Shown here: positions 43,661 through 55,047 of the stretch, piece after piece
Position numbering within the stretch: the first letter of the stretch is position 1
Layout: each line of letters begins with the position of its first letter
Assembly (NCBI GenBank): GCA_947626815.1
Contig: CANQTN010000002.1
Span: 34,553-98,552 of the forward strand
Source: an uncultured Clostridia bacterium
GTDB taxonomy: Bacteria; Bacillota; Clostridia; TANB77; CAG-508
Length of the DNA: 64,000 nucleotides
Direction: 5' to 3'
The notes under the pieces: model-generated
The model's database searches: none
Told to the model about the DNA's origin: nothing
The model's input: the letters and a program-made list of their open reading frames with translations, nothing else
Position numbers and translations under genes: made by a program

Positions 43661-45047
43661 TTGAGAAGAAGAAAAAAATTTTTTATAAATGGAATAATAT
43701 TAACTTTTACAGATCTTATTATGAAAAGTATAGGAATGTTATTTGGTATATATGTTTCTAATAAAATTGGTTCTGAAGCTCTAGGTACTTTTAATTTAGT
43801 AATGTCTATTTATTCATTTGCTATTATTTTTACTACTTCTGGCTTTAGTCTTTCTTGTACATATCTTGTTTCAGAACAATTTGAAAAAGGAAACTTATTG
43901 GATGGCTTAAAAGCAGTTAGAAGTTGTTTAATATTTTCATTGATATTAGGACTTGTAGTTAGTTTTTTTATGTTCTTAGTTTCTGATGTGATTTCAAGAA
44001 ATTATTTAAAAGGTATGATTTCTCCTATTCCAATTTATTTAATTAGTATAGGATTACCTTTTATTGCTATTTCAAGTAGCATAAATGGCTATTTTTCTGC
44101 AATTAGAAAAGCATATAAAAGTGCTATATCACAAGTAGTAGAATTAATGGTTAAAATTTTCACAAGTATTTTTTTTCTAAACTTTTATGCTGATAAAACT
44201 GTAGAAAGTATTTGCATTTGCCTTATTTTGGCTGATGTAATTTCAGAAATTTGTTCATGTTGCTTATTATTTATTTTATATAAAATAGAAAAATTAAAAA
44301 CTATTAAATATACTATTACAAAATTTACTTTCAAAAAGAAAATTATAAAAATTGCTCTTCCCCTTTCAATCACTTTTTATATTCGTTCTGGTTTATCTAC
44401 ATTGAAGCAATTTATGATACCTGCAAGATTAGTGTTGTTTGGACTACCTTATAGTATTGCATTAACAGAATATCGGGAGAATTGATGGAATGACTATGTC
44501 AGTTCTTTTATTTCCAAATGTTCTTTTTACTTCTTTTAGTAGATTATTAATACCTGAATTTACTAGTTTAATGACAAAAAATTATAAAAAAAGAATATTA
44601 GAAATTTGCAAAAAAGCATTTTTTACTATTTCTATATTCTCTATTTTAATGTTTATAATATTCTTTTCCTTTTCTAATGAAATTAGTCTTATACTTTTTA
44701 AAAACTTGGAATGTTCTAAATATATAAAAGTACTTTCTCCTTTAATTTTATTTATATATTTAGACAACATTATAGACAATGTACTAAAAAGTTTAAATAA
44801 ACAATTTGAAGTTATGTTTTGCAATATATTAGATTTATTACTTACAATTAGTATTTTATATTTTCTAGTGCCAAGTTTTGGATTAATGGGGTATTTATTA
44901 TCAATTGTAATTAGTGAAGGATTTAATTTTGCTGTTAGTTACTTTCAACTATATAAAGCAATTGGCTTGAAAATAACATTATCGATTGTTATTTTTGGAT
45001 TATTTTTTATATTTTTAAGTATTTATGAAATTTTAAATGTTATGTAA
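43661..45047 (+). CDS. SpoVB/MATE-like polysaccharide flippase, ~461 aa, one +1 shift at CGG 44474
   Basis: Multi-TM; SNKIGSEALG; skipping C44474 gives EY-GRIDGMTMSVLLFP and joins ORF 44490-45047. Confidence 0.8.
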
Positions 45048-45055
45048 TTTTATCA

Positions 45056-45688
45056 TTATTGCATAAGAATTTTGCCAACTATATCTTTATCTAAGTGCTG
45101 CACAAATATTTTAGCATCTTCTGTTTTTCCTACTACACTTCCATAGTGAATTGGAACGGCAAATTTAGGTTTTATAGTATTTACAAGATCAGCTGCTTCA
45201 GTTGCAGTCATTGTATAAGTACCTCCAACTGGAACAAAAGCTACTTCACATGTAACTTTTTTATTATCTTCATTTATATCTGTATCACCTGCAATATAAT
45301 AGATAGTATTGTTCAAATTTATTAAATACCCAACCCATTTATTTTCTTTTGGATGAAAATTCTTATTAGTATTATAAGAAGGTATTGTTTTAATTGTTAT
45401 TCCTTCAACTTTATATGTGTTATTTGGCTCTACAATAGTAATATTTTCGTTTTTAAAATTTAAGGCAAGTGATTTGTCGTATAAATCTGTTGGAGCAATA
45501 ATAATTGTTTCTTTTTTCTTTACCTTTTTTATATCTTCTTCTGAAAAATGATCAAAATGGGAGTGTGTAATTAAAATAATATCTGCATCATTATAGTTTG
45601 TTTTTAAACCATATGGATCTATATATATTGTTTTTTCATAATTAAATTTTATACAACTATGATATAAAACTTCTATATTTTCTAACAT
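45056..45688 (-). CDS. MBL-fold metallo-hydrolase
   Basis: IYIDPY, LITHSHFDH, YIAGDT, PIHYG. Confidence 0.88.
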   Translation of the reverse strand: MLENIEVLYHSCIKFNYEKTIYIDPYGLKTNYNDADIILITHSHFDHFSEEDIKKVKKKETIIIAPTDLYDKSLALNFKNENITIVEPNNTYKVEGITIKTIPSYNTNKNFHPKENKWVGYLINLNNTIYYIAGDTDINEDNKKVTCEVAFVPVGGTYTMTATEAADLVNTIKPKFAVPIHYGSVVGKTEDAKIFVQHLDKDIVGKILMQ

Positions 45689-45739
45689 ATTATCACCTCA
45701 TTTGTAGTTTAGCATAAAAAAAATTGAAATGCAAACTTT

Positions 45740-46639
45740 TTATATCTTTTTAATTTTCGCTACAAAAAATCCTTCATAGTATTCATTAGGGCAAATACAT
45801 ATTGTACCTTCTATTTTGGTTGGAAGAAGTGGCAAATTATTTATCCATTCATCTTTTATTGGAACAATTTCTATTTTTTTCTCTTTTATGAGATTTTCTA
45901 TTATTTTTTCGTTTTCTGATTCTAAAATAGAACAAGTAGAATAGATCATTTCATGATTCTTTTTTAAAATTTCTATAGCTTTTCTTAATAATACTATTTG
46001 TGCTTTATTACTTTTATCTATTAATTTTTGAGTAAAGTTTTTTCTAAAATCTTCATTAGCATTTAGAGTGCCACTACCACTGCATGGGGCATCTAATAAA
46101 ATTTGATCAAATGCAAAAAAATTATCTATCATTCTTGCATCTTGAATCATCACATATACATTTGCTTTTTGTTTTTCAATATTATATTTTAGTTTTTCAG
46201 CTCTTATTTTATTCATTTCACAAGCAGTTATATTTGCTTTATTATTTGTCATAGCTGCTATTTGAGTTGTTTTTCCTCCTGGTGCAGCTGTCATGTCTAA
46301 AATGTCACTTCCTTGTTGTGGATTTAAAATTATTGGTGGAATCATGGATGATAAACTTTGCATATATATTTTCCCATCTTCATATATTTTTAGGGTTTTA
46401 ATTTTATGTTCATCTATATTTTTTATTATATATGCATCTTTATACCAATTTACTTTTTTGTATTCAATGTTTTCTATTTTTAATGCATTTTCTATTTCTT
46501 CATTATTTGATTGTAATGTATTAATTCGAAATGTTGTATATCTTTGTTTATTATATCCTTGAATTATTTTATCTGTTAGTTTTTCTCCATATTGTGTTAC
46601 TAATAATTGTTTAAAAAAGTCTGGTATTTTTAATTCCAT
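45740..46639 (-). CDS. RsmB/RsmF (NOL1/NOP2) family RNA m5C methyltransferase
   Basis: LDMTAAPGGKTT, ILLDAPCSGSG, YSTCS, EGFFVA. Confidence 0.9.
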   Translation of the reverse strand: MELKIPDFFKQLLVTQYGEKLTDKIIQGYNKQRYTTFRINTLQSNNEEIENALKIENIEYKKVNWYKDAYIIKNIDEHKIKTLKIYEDGKIYMQSLSSMIPPIILNPQQGSDILDMTAAPGGKTTQIAAMTNNKANITACEMNKIRAEKLKYNIEKQKANVYVMIQDARMIDNFFAFDQILLDAPCSGSGTLNANEDFRKNFTQKLIDKSNKAQIVLLRKAIEILKKNHEMIYSTCSILESENEKIIENLIKEKKIEIVPIKDEWINNLPLLPTKIEGTICICPNEYYEGFFVAKIKKI

Positions 46640-46790
46640 TTTTTATATACTCCTTTTTTTATATTGTTATTATTTTATTATAATAATCTTTATACGTCAA
46701 ATAAATAGAGTTGCACTTTTACATTTTTTTAGATATAATAAAAAAAATGATTTTCTTAGAACATAAAAAATAAAAGGAGTAAATGAAAAA

Positions 46791-47144
46791 ATGGAACATT
46801 GGAGTGTTGATGATTATAAAAATTATGAAAATAATACTAAAAGAAAAAGTAAATATAGATCAAATAAAGTGTCAATTGATGGACATACTTTTGATAGCCA
46901 AAAAGAAGCGGATTATTATTGTGAATTAAAATTACGATTACAGGCAAATGAAATTGACGGTTTTTGTTTACAACCTACTTTTATGTTAGCACCTAATTTA
47001 AAATACAAAGCTGATTTTATTATTTTTCATAAAAATAAACCTGCTGAAGTTATTGATGTTAAAGGTTTTAAAACTAAAGAATATATTACTAAAAAGAAAG
47101 TATTTGAAGATAAATTTAATTTAAAAATAACAGAGATTGAATAG
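46791..47144 (+). CDS. DUF1064 family protein (PD-(D/E)xK-like)
   Basis: SKYRSNKVSIDGHTFDSQKEA, LQPTF, YKADF, IDVKG. Confidence 0.8.
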   Translation: MEHWSVDDYKNYENNTKRKSKYRSNKVSIDGHTFDSQKEADYYCELKLRLQANEIDGFCLQPTFMLAPNLKYKADFIIFHKNKPAEVIDVKGFKTKEYITKKKVFEDKFNLKITEIE

Positions 47145-47153
47145 AAAAAGAGT

Positions 47154-47203
47154 AAAGCTAAGAATTTCTGTGTAATAAAATTGCATAGAAATTCTTAGCT
47201 TTT
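47154..47203. terminator. Bidirectional terminator hairpin between convergent genes
   Basis: aaagctaagaatttct...agaaattcttagcttt. Confidence 0.65.
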
Positions 47204-47211
47204 TAGAATTT

Positions 47212-48934
47212 TTATTGTATGCCTAATTTTTTTAATTCTTCATTTCTTTTTACTTTTTGGGTGGTTGTTTTTATTAATTCTTTGTCAGTTAAAATCATAT
47301 TTTTAATGTATTTATATGGTGGAAATGTTTTGTTTATTTCTTTAATTTTTTGCCAAATGATATTTTCTAATTCTTCTTGTTTAATGTTTGGATATTTTTC
47401 TTCTATTATTTCTTTATCATATACTATTTTCACACAAATTTTTACATTGTTTTTATCATTTTTTTCAGGCATTCCATAAAGTAAACATTCTTTTACTTCA
47501 TCAAGTCTATTAATTAATGATTCTATTTCATCTGGAAATACTTTTTTACCATTTTTTAGAACAATCATGTCTTTTTTTCTTCCCGTTAAAAATAGATATC
47601 CTTCTTTATCAAAGTATCCTAAATCACCTGTATAGAACCATCCATCTTTTAATACTTCTTTTGTTGCTTCTTCATTTTCATAGTATCCGAAGCATTACAT
47701 TTGGTCCTTTTACTCTTAACTCCCCTATTCCTTGACTATCTTGATTTATTAATTCTACTTCAACATTTTCCATTGGGAATCCTATAGAACCATATTTCAT
47801 TTTTTTAAAGTTTTCAGATGCAATTACTGGTGATGTTTCTGTTAGTCCATATCCTTGTACTACATTAACACCTAATTCATTGAAACCTTGTGCAACTTTT
47901 TTATCTAATGGAGCTCCTCCTGAAATTACAAATCTTAAATTTCCACCTAATTCATCTAGTATTTCTTTAAATAATTTTTTTCTGATATCTATATGGAATT
48001 TTAATAAAAAGTTGCTTATTTTTTTAGCAATATTTACTACTTTTGTTTTTCCTTTTTTTTCAATTCCTTGTTGTATTTTTTTATAAATTGCTTCTATAAG
48101 TAATGGAACTCCTATAAATACAGATACCTTGTATTCTTTTAAATTTTGTGCGATATAGCGAAGTCCATCTGGAAATGCTGTTTTTACTCCATATGCTAAC
48201 ATAACTATCATACATGTAGAACCAAAAACATGATGATATGGTAAAAATGCTATATTTATGTCGTCTTTTCTAATATCTTCTACTAATTGCATACTATAAA
48301 TATTTGATGCAATATTTTTTTGAGATAGCATTACTGCTTTTGATTGTGCTGTAGTTCCTGAAGTGAATAATAATATATTCATTTTGTTTTTATCAATTTC
48401 AGCATCTACATAGTTTTTATTTCCACTATTTAGTAGTTCTTTTCCTTGCTGTTTTAATTCTGTAATTGAGCTATATCCTTCTTTTTTGGACATACAAATA
48501 TAATTGCTTACTTGAGTATTATTTCTATTTTTAATATTTTCTATATTTTCTGTATATTTTTCATCAAATACTAATATATCTGCTTTACTTCTTCTTAAGC
48601 AACTTTCTAATTCATCTATTTGTAGTTCTTTATCTAGTGGTATACTTACTATTCCACCTAATAAATTTGTTAAGTGTGTAAGTGCCCATTCATAACAATT
48701 TCGTCCTACTATTGCTATTCTTTTATCTTTAAAACCTAAATCATAAAATTTAGTTCCTAAATAATTTATTTCTTCTAATAATTTTAAATAACTTATATTT
48801 TCGTATTCAATTTTATCATCTTTTTTATGTTTTATTGTAAATGCTATGTTTTGATTATACTTATGTGCTGATGCATAGATAAGTTCTTTAATATTTTCAA
48901 ATTCAGTTGCCTCAAGGTATTTTTCTCTTTCCAT
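47212..48934 (-). CDS. Long-chain acyl-CoA ligase (AMP-binding), ~573 aa, one +1 shift at CGG (47689-47687)
   Basis: FTSGTT, SGGAPL, QGYGLTETSP, restored GPNVML-GYYENEEAT...GWFYTGDLG...GRKKD, NGKKVFPDEIE. Confidence 0.9.
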
Positions 48935-49058
48935 TTTTTTCTCCTTTATCCAACCTAGTATTAATTACTAAATTATCACATATACTGTGTGTTGTCAAGT
49001 AGTTGACTATCTATTCTAAACATGATATTATTATGTTACTATTATTAATTTTGAAAGG

Positions 49059-49562
49059 TTGATTTTTTTGAACAAAGAAATAAGTAATTTTCATTTACCA
49101 CGTTGGGCTGAATTGCCTAATATTGATTTATATATTGATCAATTAGTTTCATTACTTGAACAATATTTATCTGATTATATTAGTAATGATAACGAAAAAG
49201 AAGATAAAATTATCACAAAAACCATGATTAACAATTATGTAAAACATGGCGTTTTGAAAGCACCAATTAACAAAAAGTATAACCGTAGTCACATGGCAAC
49301 TTTATTTGTTATTTTTATTTTAAAACAAGTATATAGTATAAATGATATAAAAAGATTAATTAGTTTTGCAATTGAAACCTCTTCAATAGAAGTAGCTTAT
49401 AATCGCTTTTGTTCTGAACTTGAAAAGGCTATAAGAATAGTCTTTGCTGAAAAACATTATATTAAAAGCAATAAGCTTACACAAGAACAATATATTTTAA
49501 GAAATGTAGTTCAATCTTTTGCAAATAAATTATATGTACAAAAAAGTTTGTTAAAAAAATAG
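49059..49562 (+). CDS. DUF1836 family protein
   Basis: LPNIDLYIDQ, ITKTMINNYVK, KKYNRSH. Confidence 0.85.
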   Translation: MIFLNKEISNFHLPRWAELPNIDLYIDQLVSLLEQYLSDYISNDNEKEDKIITKTMINNYVKHGVLKAPINKKYNRSHMATLFVIFILKQVYSINDIKRLISFAIETSSIEVAYNRFCSELEKAIRIVFAEKHYIKSNKLTQEQYILRNVVQSFANKLYVQKSLLKK

Positions 49563-49623
49563 TTTTTTGATGATGACTTTTCTAGAATATAAAAAGAGGG
49601 GTTTGAAATCCCTCTAAATTTTT

Positions 49624-52239
49624 TTAATTCATTTTTTCTTTAATCTTAGAAAGTATATTTAAAGCATCTATTGGAGTTAATTCATTAAGATTAATCTTAT
49701 CTATTTCGTGAGCTATTTCGGCTAATTTATAATTATATAAATCAAATTGTCCTTCTACTTGTTTTTTATCTTGCTTTTCCTGTTTTTTACCTGTTAAAAT
49801 ATTTTTTCTTTCTAGAGAGCGTAAGATTTGATCTGCTTTTTGTGTAACTACTTTTGGAACACCTGCTAATTTAGCTACATGAATACCATAACTTTCATCT
49901 GTTCCGCCTCTTATAATTTTTCTTAAAAATATAATATCTTCACCTTTTTCTTTAACTGCAATTGAATAATTTTTAATTCCTTCTAATGTGTTTTCTAATT
50001 CAGTTAATTCATGATAATGTGTTGCAAATAAAGTTTTAGCTCCACATTTTTCTTTATCTGCAATAAATTCTGCAACTGCCCATGCAATAGATAAACCATC
50101 ATATGTTGAAGTTCCTCTTCCTATCTCATCTAAAATTACTAGGCTATTACTAGTTGCTTCTTTTAGTATATCTGCAACTTCCATCATTTCTACCATAAAA
50201 GTACTTTGTCCCATACTTAAATCGTCAGAAGCTCCAACTCTTGTAAAAATTCTATCTACTATACCAATCTTAGCTTCTTGTGCTGGAACAAAGCTTCCTA
50301 CTTGTGCCATTAAAGTTATTAAAGCTACTTGTCTCATATATGTAGATTTACCAGCCATATTTGGTCCAGTAATAATTGCAAGTCTATTATCTTGCTTATC
50401 TAAATATGTATCATTTTCAACAAAACTACCTGGTCCTAGTATTTTTTCTATTACTGGATGTCTTCCATTTTTAATATCAATACTACCTGATGAGTTAACT
50501 TCTGGCATACAGTAATTCATATCTTCTGCAACTGTTGCAAACGATGTTAGCACATCTAAGTTGGAAACTGCTTCACTAGTTGTTTGCAGTCTTTTGATAT
50601 TTTTTGAAATTTCTTCTCTAACTTCTACAAATGCTTTATATTCTAAATCTACTACTCTTTCTTCTGCGCCTAATATTTGACTTTCCAATTTTTTCAATTC
50701 TTCTGTTATAAATCTTTCTGCATTAGTTAATGTTTGTTTTCTTATAAATCTATCTGGAACTTGATTTAAATATGATTTTGTAACTTCAATAAAATATCCA
50801 AATACTTTGTTAAAACCAATTTTTAAATTTTTAATTCCTGTCTTTTCTCTTTCTTCTAATTCTAATTGAATTAACCACTTTTTGCCTTCTGTTTGTGCCA
50901 ATTTTAATTCGTCAATTTCTGGGTTATATCCTAATTTAATCAATCCACCATCTTTTATTGCAATTGGAGGATCGTCTATAATTGCTTTGTCTATTAATTC
51001 GTATATATCTTGCAATTCATCTAAGTTTTCTAATATTTCTTTTAATAAAGTTGCTTTACATTCTAATAAACATTTTTTTATTTCTGGTAATTTAATTAGT
51101 GAATTTTTTAGGCTTATCATATCTCTAGCAGTTGCATTGCCATATGCCATTTTACCTGCTAAACGTTCAATATCATATACTTTTTTTAAATTATCTATAA
51201 TATCTCCTTTTAGCATTATATTATCTTTAATTTCTTTTACCGCTTCTAGTCTTTTATTTATTTCAACGACATCTATTAAAGGATCATTTAACCAACGTCT
51301 TAAGCATCTTCCACCCATTGAAGTTGATGTTTTATCTAATACCCACAATAAACTTCCTTTTTTAGATTTATCACGTAATTTTTCAGTTATTTCTAGATTT
51401 CTTCGTGCATTTATATCTAAAGACATATATTTTGATATTTGATAAATTTTTATTTTATTTATATGTTCTAAATTTGTTTTTTGAGTTTGTTCTATATATT
51501 CTATTAGTGCATGAATCGAACTAATTGATAAGAATTTTTCGTTTAAGTTGTTTATATTATTACCATTATTATCTATAATTGTAAATCGTGATTCTAGATT
51601 TTCTATTTCTTTTTTGAAGAATTTATCATTAAATCTTGTTATATAAATATTTTCAAACCTTTCTTTTATTTTTGCTATTTCTTCTGTACAATCTGCCATC
51701 ATAGAATTAATTACTAATTCTGAAGGAGTATATCTTGCTATTTCATCTAATAATATTGGAAAATTATTATTACTGTTTATTTCAGCTGAATAAAATTCTC
51801 CTGTTGTGATATCACATATACTTATACCAAAATAAATGCCAGATTTGAAAATGCTCATAATATAATTGTTTTTTCTTTCTTCAAGCATATTGCTTTCTAC
51901 CACAGTACCTGGAGTTACGACTCTTATAACTCCCCTTTTAACAATTCCTTTTGCTGTTTTGGGATCTTCTAACTGTTCACAAATTGCTACTTTATAGCCT
52001 TTATTTACTAATCTTGAAATATACATTTCTGCAGCATGATATGGAACACCTGCCATTGGAGCTCTTTCTTCTTGTCCGCAATCTTTGCCAGTTAATGTTA
52101 TTTCTAATTCTCTTGATACTAAAATAGCATCATCGAAAAACATTTCATAAAAATCCCCTAATCTATAAAATAATATGCAGTCTTTATATTGTTCTTTGGT
52201 TTCAAGGTATTTTTGCATCATAGGTGAATATTCTGCCAT
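49624..52239 (-). CDS. mutS: DNA mismatch repair protein MutS
   Basis: FYRLGDFYEMFF, ITGPNMAGKSTYMRQ, GQSTFMVEM, DEIGRGTST, ATHYHEL. Confidence 0.97.
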   Translation of the reverse strand: MAEYSPMMQKYLETKEQYKDCILFYRLGDFYEMFFDDAILVSRELEITLTGKDCGQEERAPMAGVPYHAAEMYISRLVNKGYKVAICEQLEDPKTAKGIVKRGVIRVVTPGTVVESNMLEERKNNYIMSIFKSGIYFGISICDITTGEFYSAEINSNNNFPILLDEIARYTPSELVINSMMADCTEEIAKIKERFENIYITRFNDKFFKKEIENLESRFTIIDNNGNNINNLNEKFLSISSIHALIEYIEQTQKTNLEHINKIKIYQISKYMSLDINARRNLEITEKLRDKSKKGSLLWVLDKTSTSMGGRCLRRWLNDPLIDVVEINKRLEAVKEIKDNIMLKGDIIDNLKKVYDIERLAGKMAYGNATARDMISLKNSLIKLPEIKKCLLECKATLLKEILENLDELQDIYELIDKAIIDDPPIAIKDGGLIKLGYNPEIDELKLAQTEGKKWLIQLELEEREKTGIKNLKIGFNKVFGYFIEVTKSYLNQVPDRFIRKQTLTNAERFITEELKKLESQILGAEERVVDLEYKAFVEVREEISKNIKRLQTTSEAVSNLDVLTSFATVAEDMNYCMPEVNSSGSIDIKNGRHPVIEKILGPGSFVENDTYLDKQDNRLAIITGPNMAGKSTYMRQVALITLMAQVGSFVPAQEAKIGIVDRIFTRVGASDDLSMGQSTFMVEMMEVADILKEATSNSLVILDEIGRGTSTYDGLSIAWAVAEFIADKEKCGAKTLFATHYHELTELENTLEGIKNYSIAVKEKGEDIIFLRKIIRGGTDESYGIHVAKLAGVPKVVTQKADQILRSLERKNILTGKKQEKQDKKQVEGQFDLYNYKLAEIAHEIDKINLNELTPIDALNILSKIKEKMN

Positions 52240-52328
52240 AATTTTTTTCGCTTCCTTCCTTTTTTATATTCTAGGAAAGTCATCGTAAAAAAACGATAGA
52301 CTTTTCGTAGAAGATAAATATGTGTAGT

Positions 52329-53741
52329 TTAAATTTCTCCTTTTAAATACCACATATGCTCAGAAATAATTTTCAAATTTATCATTTTGCCGATTAGATT
52401 TTTATCTCCTTTAAAAATAACTACTTTATTGCTATCTGTTCTACCAGTTAATAATTCTTTATTATTTTTACTTTCTCCTTCTACAAGTACTTTTTGTATG
52501 GTATTTATATATTTTTTATTATTTTTCTCAATTTGTTTTTCTACTAAGTCTTTTAATTTATTGAACCTTTTATGTTTTTGTTCTTCAGATATTTGGTTTT
52601 CCATTCTATCTCCAGGAGTTCCTATTCTTCTTGAATAAATAAACATATAAACTTGTTCAAAATTTACTTTTTTTACAACATCTAAAGTATCTTCAAATTC
52701 TAAATCTGTTTCTCCAGGAAATCCAACTATGATGTCTGTTGACAATGTTAAATTAGGTATTTTATTTTTCATTTTTTCTACTAGATTTAAATATTGTTCT
52801 TTAGTATATTTTCTATTCATTTCTTTTAATACTCTAGTATTTCCAGCTTGTAATGGTAAATGCACTAATTTACAAATTTTATCACATTCTGCTATTGCTT
52901 CTATTACGTCATCTGTAAAATCTTTTGGATGTGGTGAAATAAATCGAATTCTTTCTATTCCATCTATTTGATTAATTGCTTTTAATAGTGTTGCAAATGA
53001 ATTTATTCCCTTATATTCTTCAAAAAAAATATTTTTTTCTCTTTCAACTTTTAAATATGAATTAACATTTTGACCTAATAAAGTAATTTCTTTATATCCC
53101 TGACTTGCTAATTCCTTAATTTCATTTATAATACTTTTGGGTTGTCTGCTTCTTTCTCTCCCACGTACATATGGAACTATGCAATAACTGCAAAAATTAT
53201 TACATCCGTTCATAATTGTAACAGATGCTTTAATGTTACTATCTCTTTTAATTGGGATTCCTTCATATATTTCTCCATCTATGTCTATAATATCTTCCAA
53301 TTTTTTCTTATCTTCTAATACTTTATATAGGTCTTCTGGGAATTTATGTAATGTGTGTGTTCCAAATAATATATCTACAAATGGATAACTTTCTTTTATT
53401 TTATCTGTAATATGTTTTTCTTGCATCATGCAACCACCAATTGCTATTATGATTCCTTTTTCTTCTTTTATTTTTTTTAATTCACCAAGTTTTCCAAAAA
53501 GCTTATCTTCTGCATTTTCTCTTACACAACAAGTATTAAATATAGCTATATCCGCTTCTTTTACATTATTTGTTTGTGTATATCCCATTTTTTCTAACAT
53601 TCCACATAGTTTTTCTGAATCATTTTCATTTAATTGACATCCCATTGTTAAAATATTATATTTTAAATTTTTATCTTTATTTATTTTATATATTTTTTCT
53701 ATATATAGTTGTTGTTCTTTTATTTCTTCTGATTTATCCAA
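52329..53741 (-). CDS. miaB: tRNA ms2i6A37 methylthiotransferase MiaB
   Basis: TMGCQLNENDSE, NTCCVRENAE, GCNNFCSYCIVPYVRGRERSR, TRAM C-terminus; TTG start after GGAGGG. Confidence 0.95.
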   Translation of the reverse strand: MDKSEEIKEQQLYIEKIYKINKDKNLKYNILTMGCQLNENDSEKLCGMLEKMGYTQTNNVKEADIAIFNTCCVRENAEDKLFGKLGELKKIKEEKGIIIAIGGCMMQEKHITDKIKESYPFVDILFGTHTLHKFPEDLYKVLEDKKKLEDIIDIDGEIYEGIPIKRDSNIKASVTIMNGCNNFCSYCIVPYVRGRERSRQPKSIINEIKELASQGYKEITLLGQNVNSYLKVEREKNIFFEEYKGINSFATLLKAINQIDGIERIRFISPHPKDFTDDVIEAIAECDKICKLVHLPLQAGNTRVLKEMNRKYTKEQYLNLVEKMKNKIPNLTLSTDIIVGFPGETDLEFEDTLDVVKKVNFEQVYMFIYSRRIGTPGDRMENQISEEQKHKRFNKLKDLVEKQIEKNNKKYINTIQKVLVEGESKNNKELLTGRTDSNKVVIFKGDKNLIGKMINLKIISEHMWYLKGEI

Positions 53742-53824
53742 TTTTAACCCTCCATTTATAAAACATATTTTATTACATTTTTCATCATTTTGCAAGTTTT
53801 GTAACTAGTTCAGTTATAAAAAAT

Positions 53825-54035
53825 GTTACAGTCTACTTGTCAATGGTACAACTGGTCAAGGATAATATATTATTTATTTGTAACTCCCAGCTACATAACA
53901 GCTTGTATATCAAATTTTATAATATATTATAAAATTTTCATTACAATCTGTAACTTGCTGGTCCCCCCGAATTGTTACTGCATAAATAATATATTAATCC
54001 TTGACCATTTGTACAATTTACCAGTGAATAGTAAC
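53825..54035. repeat. Dispersed palindromic element, copy 3
   Basis: Same core as copy 1 (gtaactccca...ggtccccccgaattgttactgc); arms similar to copy 2 but imperfect. Confidence 0.88.
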
Positions 54036-54140
54036 TAAAAAATTTAAATTTTTATTGTTTTATATGAGTAGGAAAGTTATGAACAAATTAGTAAATTTTA
54101 TTGCATATATAGTTTTTTTAATGATATAATAAATACAAAA

Positions 54141-54824
54141 TTGAAAGGAATGATTGTATTTATGGGAAAATTTGATTCTTTATCAAAAACAAATCAAAGT
54201 AAAAGAAAATATCAATGTAATTATAATAATTTTTATAAAAAAAATCGCCATGAAACTTCTGTAGACTATGACTATTTTGAAAGCTTATATGTTCAAGAAC
54301 TTTGGAATGCAAATCAAAAGAAAAAATATAATAAAGACTTAATTACATTATGGGCAAAATTAGATATGAAAAGTTATATTGATTATGAACTTGGTAATAC
54401 TGTTAATTTATATCTTACAAATAGTAATCAGCGTATTAGTGTAAATCAATTAGAAGATTATAATTATTTAAGTGAAGATGAAAGAAGATTGAACCTTTTA
54501 GATATTAAATATATAAAAAGTATAAAATTAGAAAATACAATATTTAAAAATTTATATTTAGCAATATATGATATTTCAGATGCTGATAAAAAATTTAGAC
54601 CATATGTTTTGCTTTTCACTAAAAATGAGCGTGAACAATTTATTGAGATTGGATATGGATATGATTCAAATAATAATGGAGATGTTGAACTTTTTATTAG
54701 TTCCTTTAATTATCCTGTTTTTCTTACTAAAAAAGGTTACATTTTTTTCCCTATTACTCGTAAAAAAGTTAAATTAGATATTTATGATTATATTACAGAT
54801 GAAGATATTATAAAATTATATTGA
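54141..54824 (+). CDS. Hypothetical protein
   Basis: 227-codon Tyr/Asn-rich ORF; likely start at the ATG after GAAAGGAATGATT; no recognised motif. Confidence 0.6.
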   Translation: MKGMIVFMGKFDSLSKTNQSKRKYQCNYNNFYKKNRHETSVDYDYFESLYVQELWNANQKKKYNKDLITLWAKLDMKSYIDYELGNTVNLYLTNSNQRISVNQLEDYNYLSEDERRLNLLDIKYIKSIKLENTIFKNLYLAIYDISDADKKFRPYVLLFTKNEREQFIEIGYGYDSNNNGDVELFISSFNYPVFLTKKGYIFFPITRKKVKLDIYDYITDEDIIKLY

Positions 54825-54846
54825 TTAAAAAAATATGGTCTTATGT

Positions 54847-55047
54847 TTATGCAAGACCATATTTTTTCTTAAATTTATCTGCTCTTCCTCCAACTGTTTC
54901 TTGTCTTAAATTACCTGTCCAGTATGGATGACATTTTGAGCATATATCTACTTTTAAATCTTTTTTTGTTGATCCAACTTCTAAAATATTTCCACATGCA
55001 CATGTGATTGTTGTTTGGTTATATTCTGGATGTATTCCTTTTTTCAT
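54847..55047 (-). CDS. rpmE: 50S ribosomal protein L31 (Zn-binding type)
   Basis: MKKGIHPEY, CACGN, DICSKCHPYWTG, GGRADKFKKKY. Confidence 0.96.
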   Translation of the reverse strand: MKKGIHPEYNQTTITCACGNILEVGSTKKDLKVDICSKCHPYWTGNLRQETVGGRADKFKKKYGLA

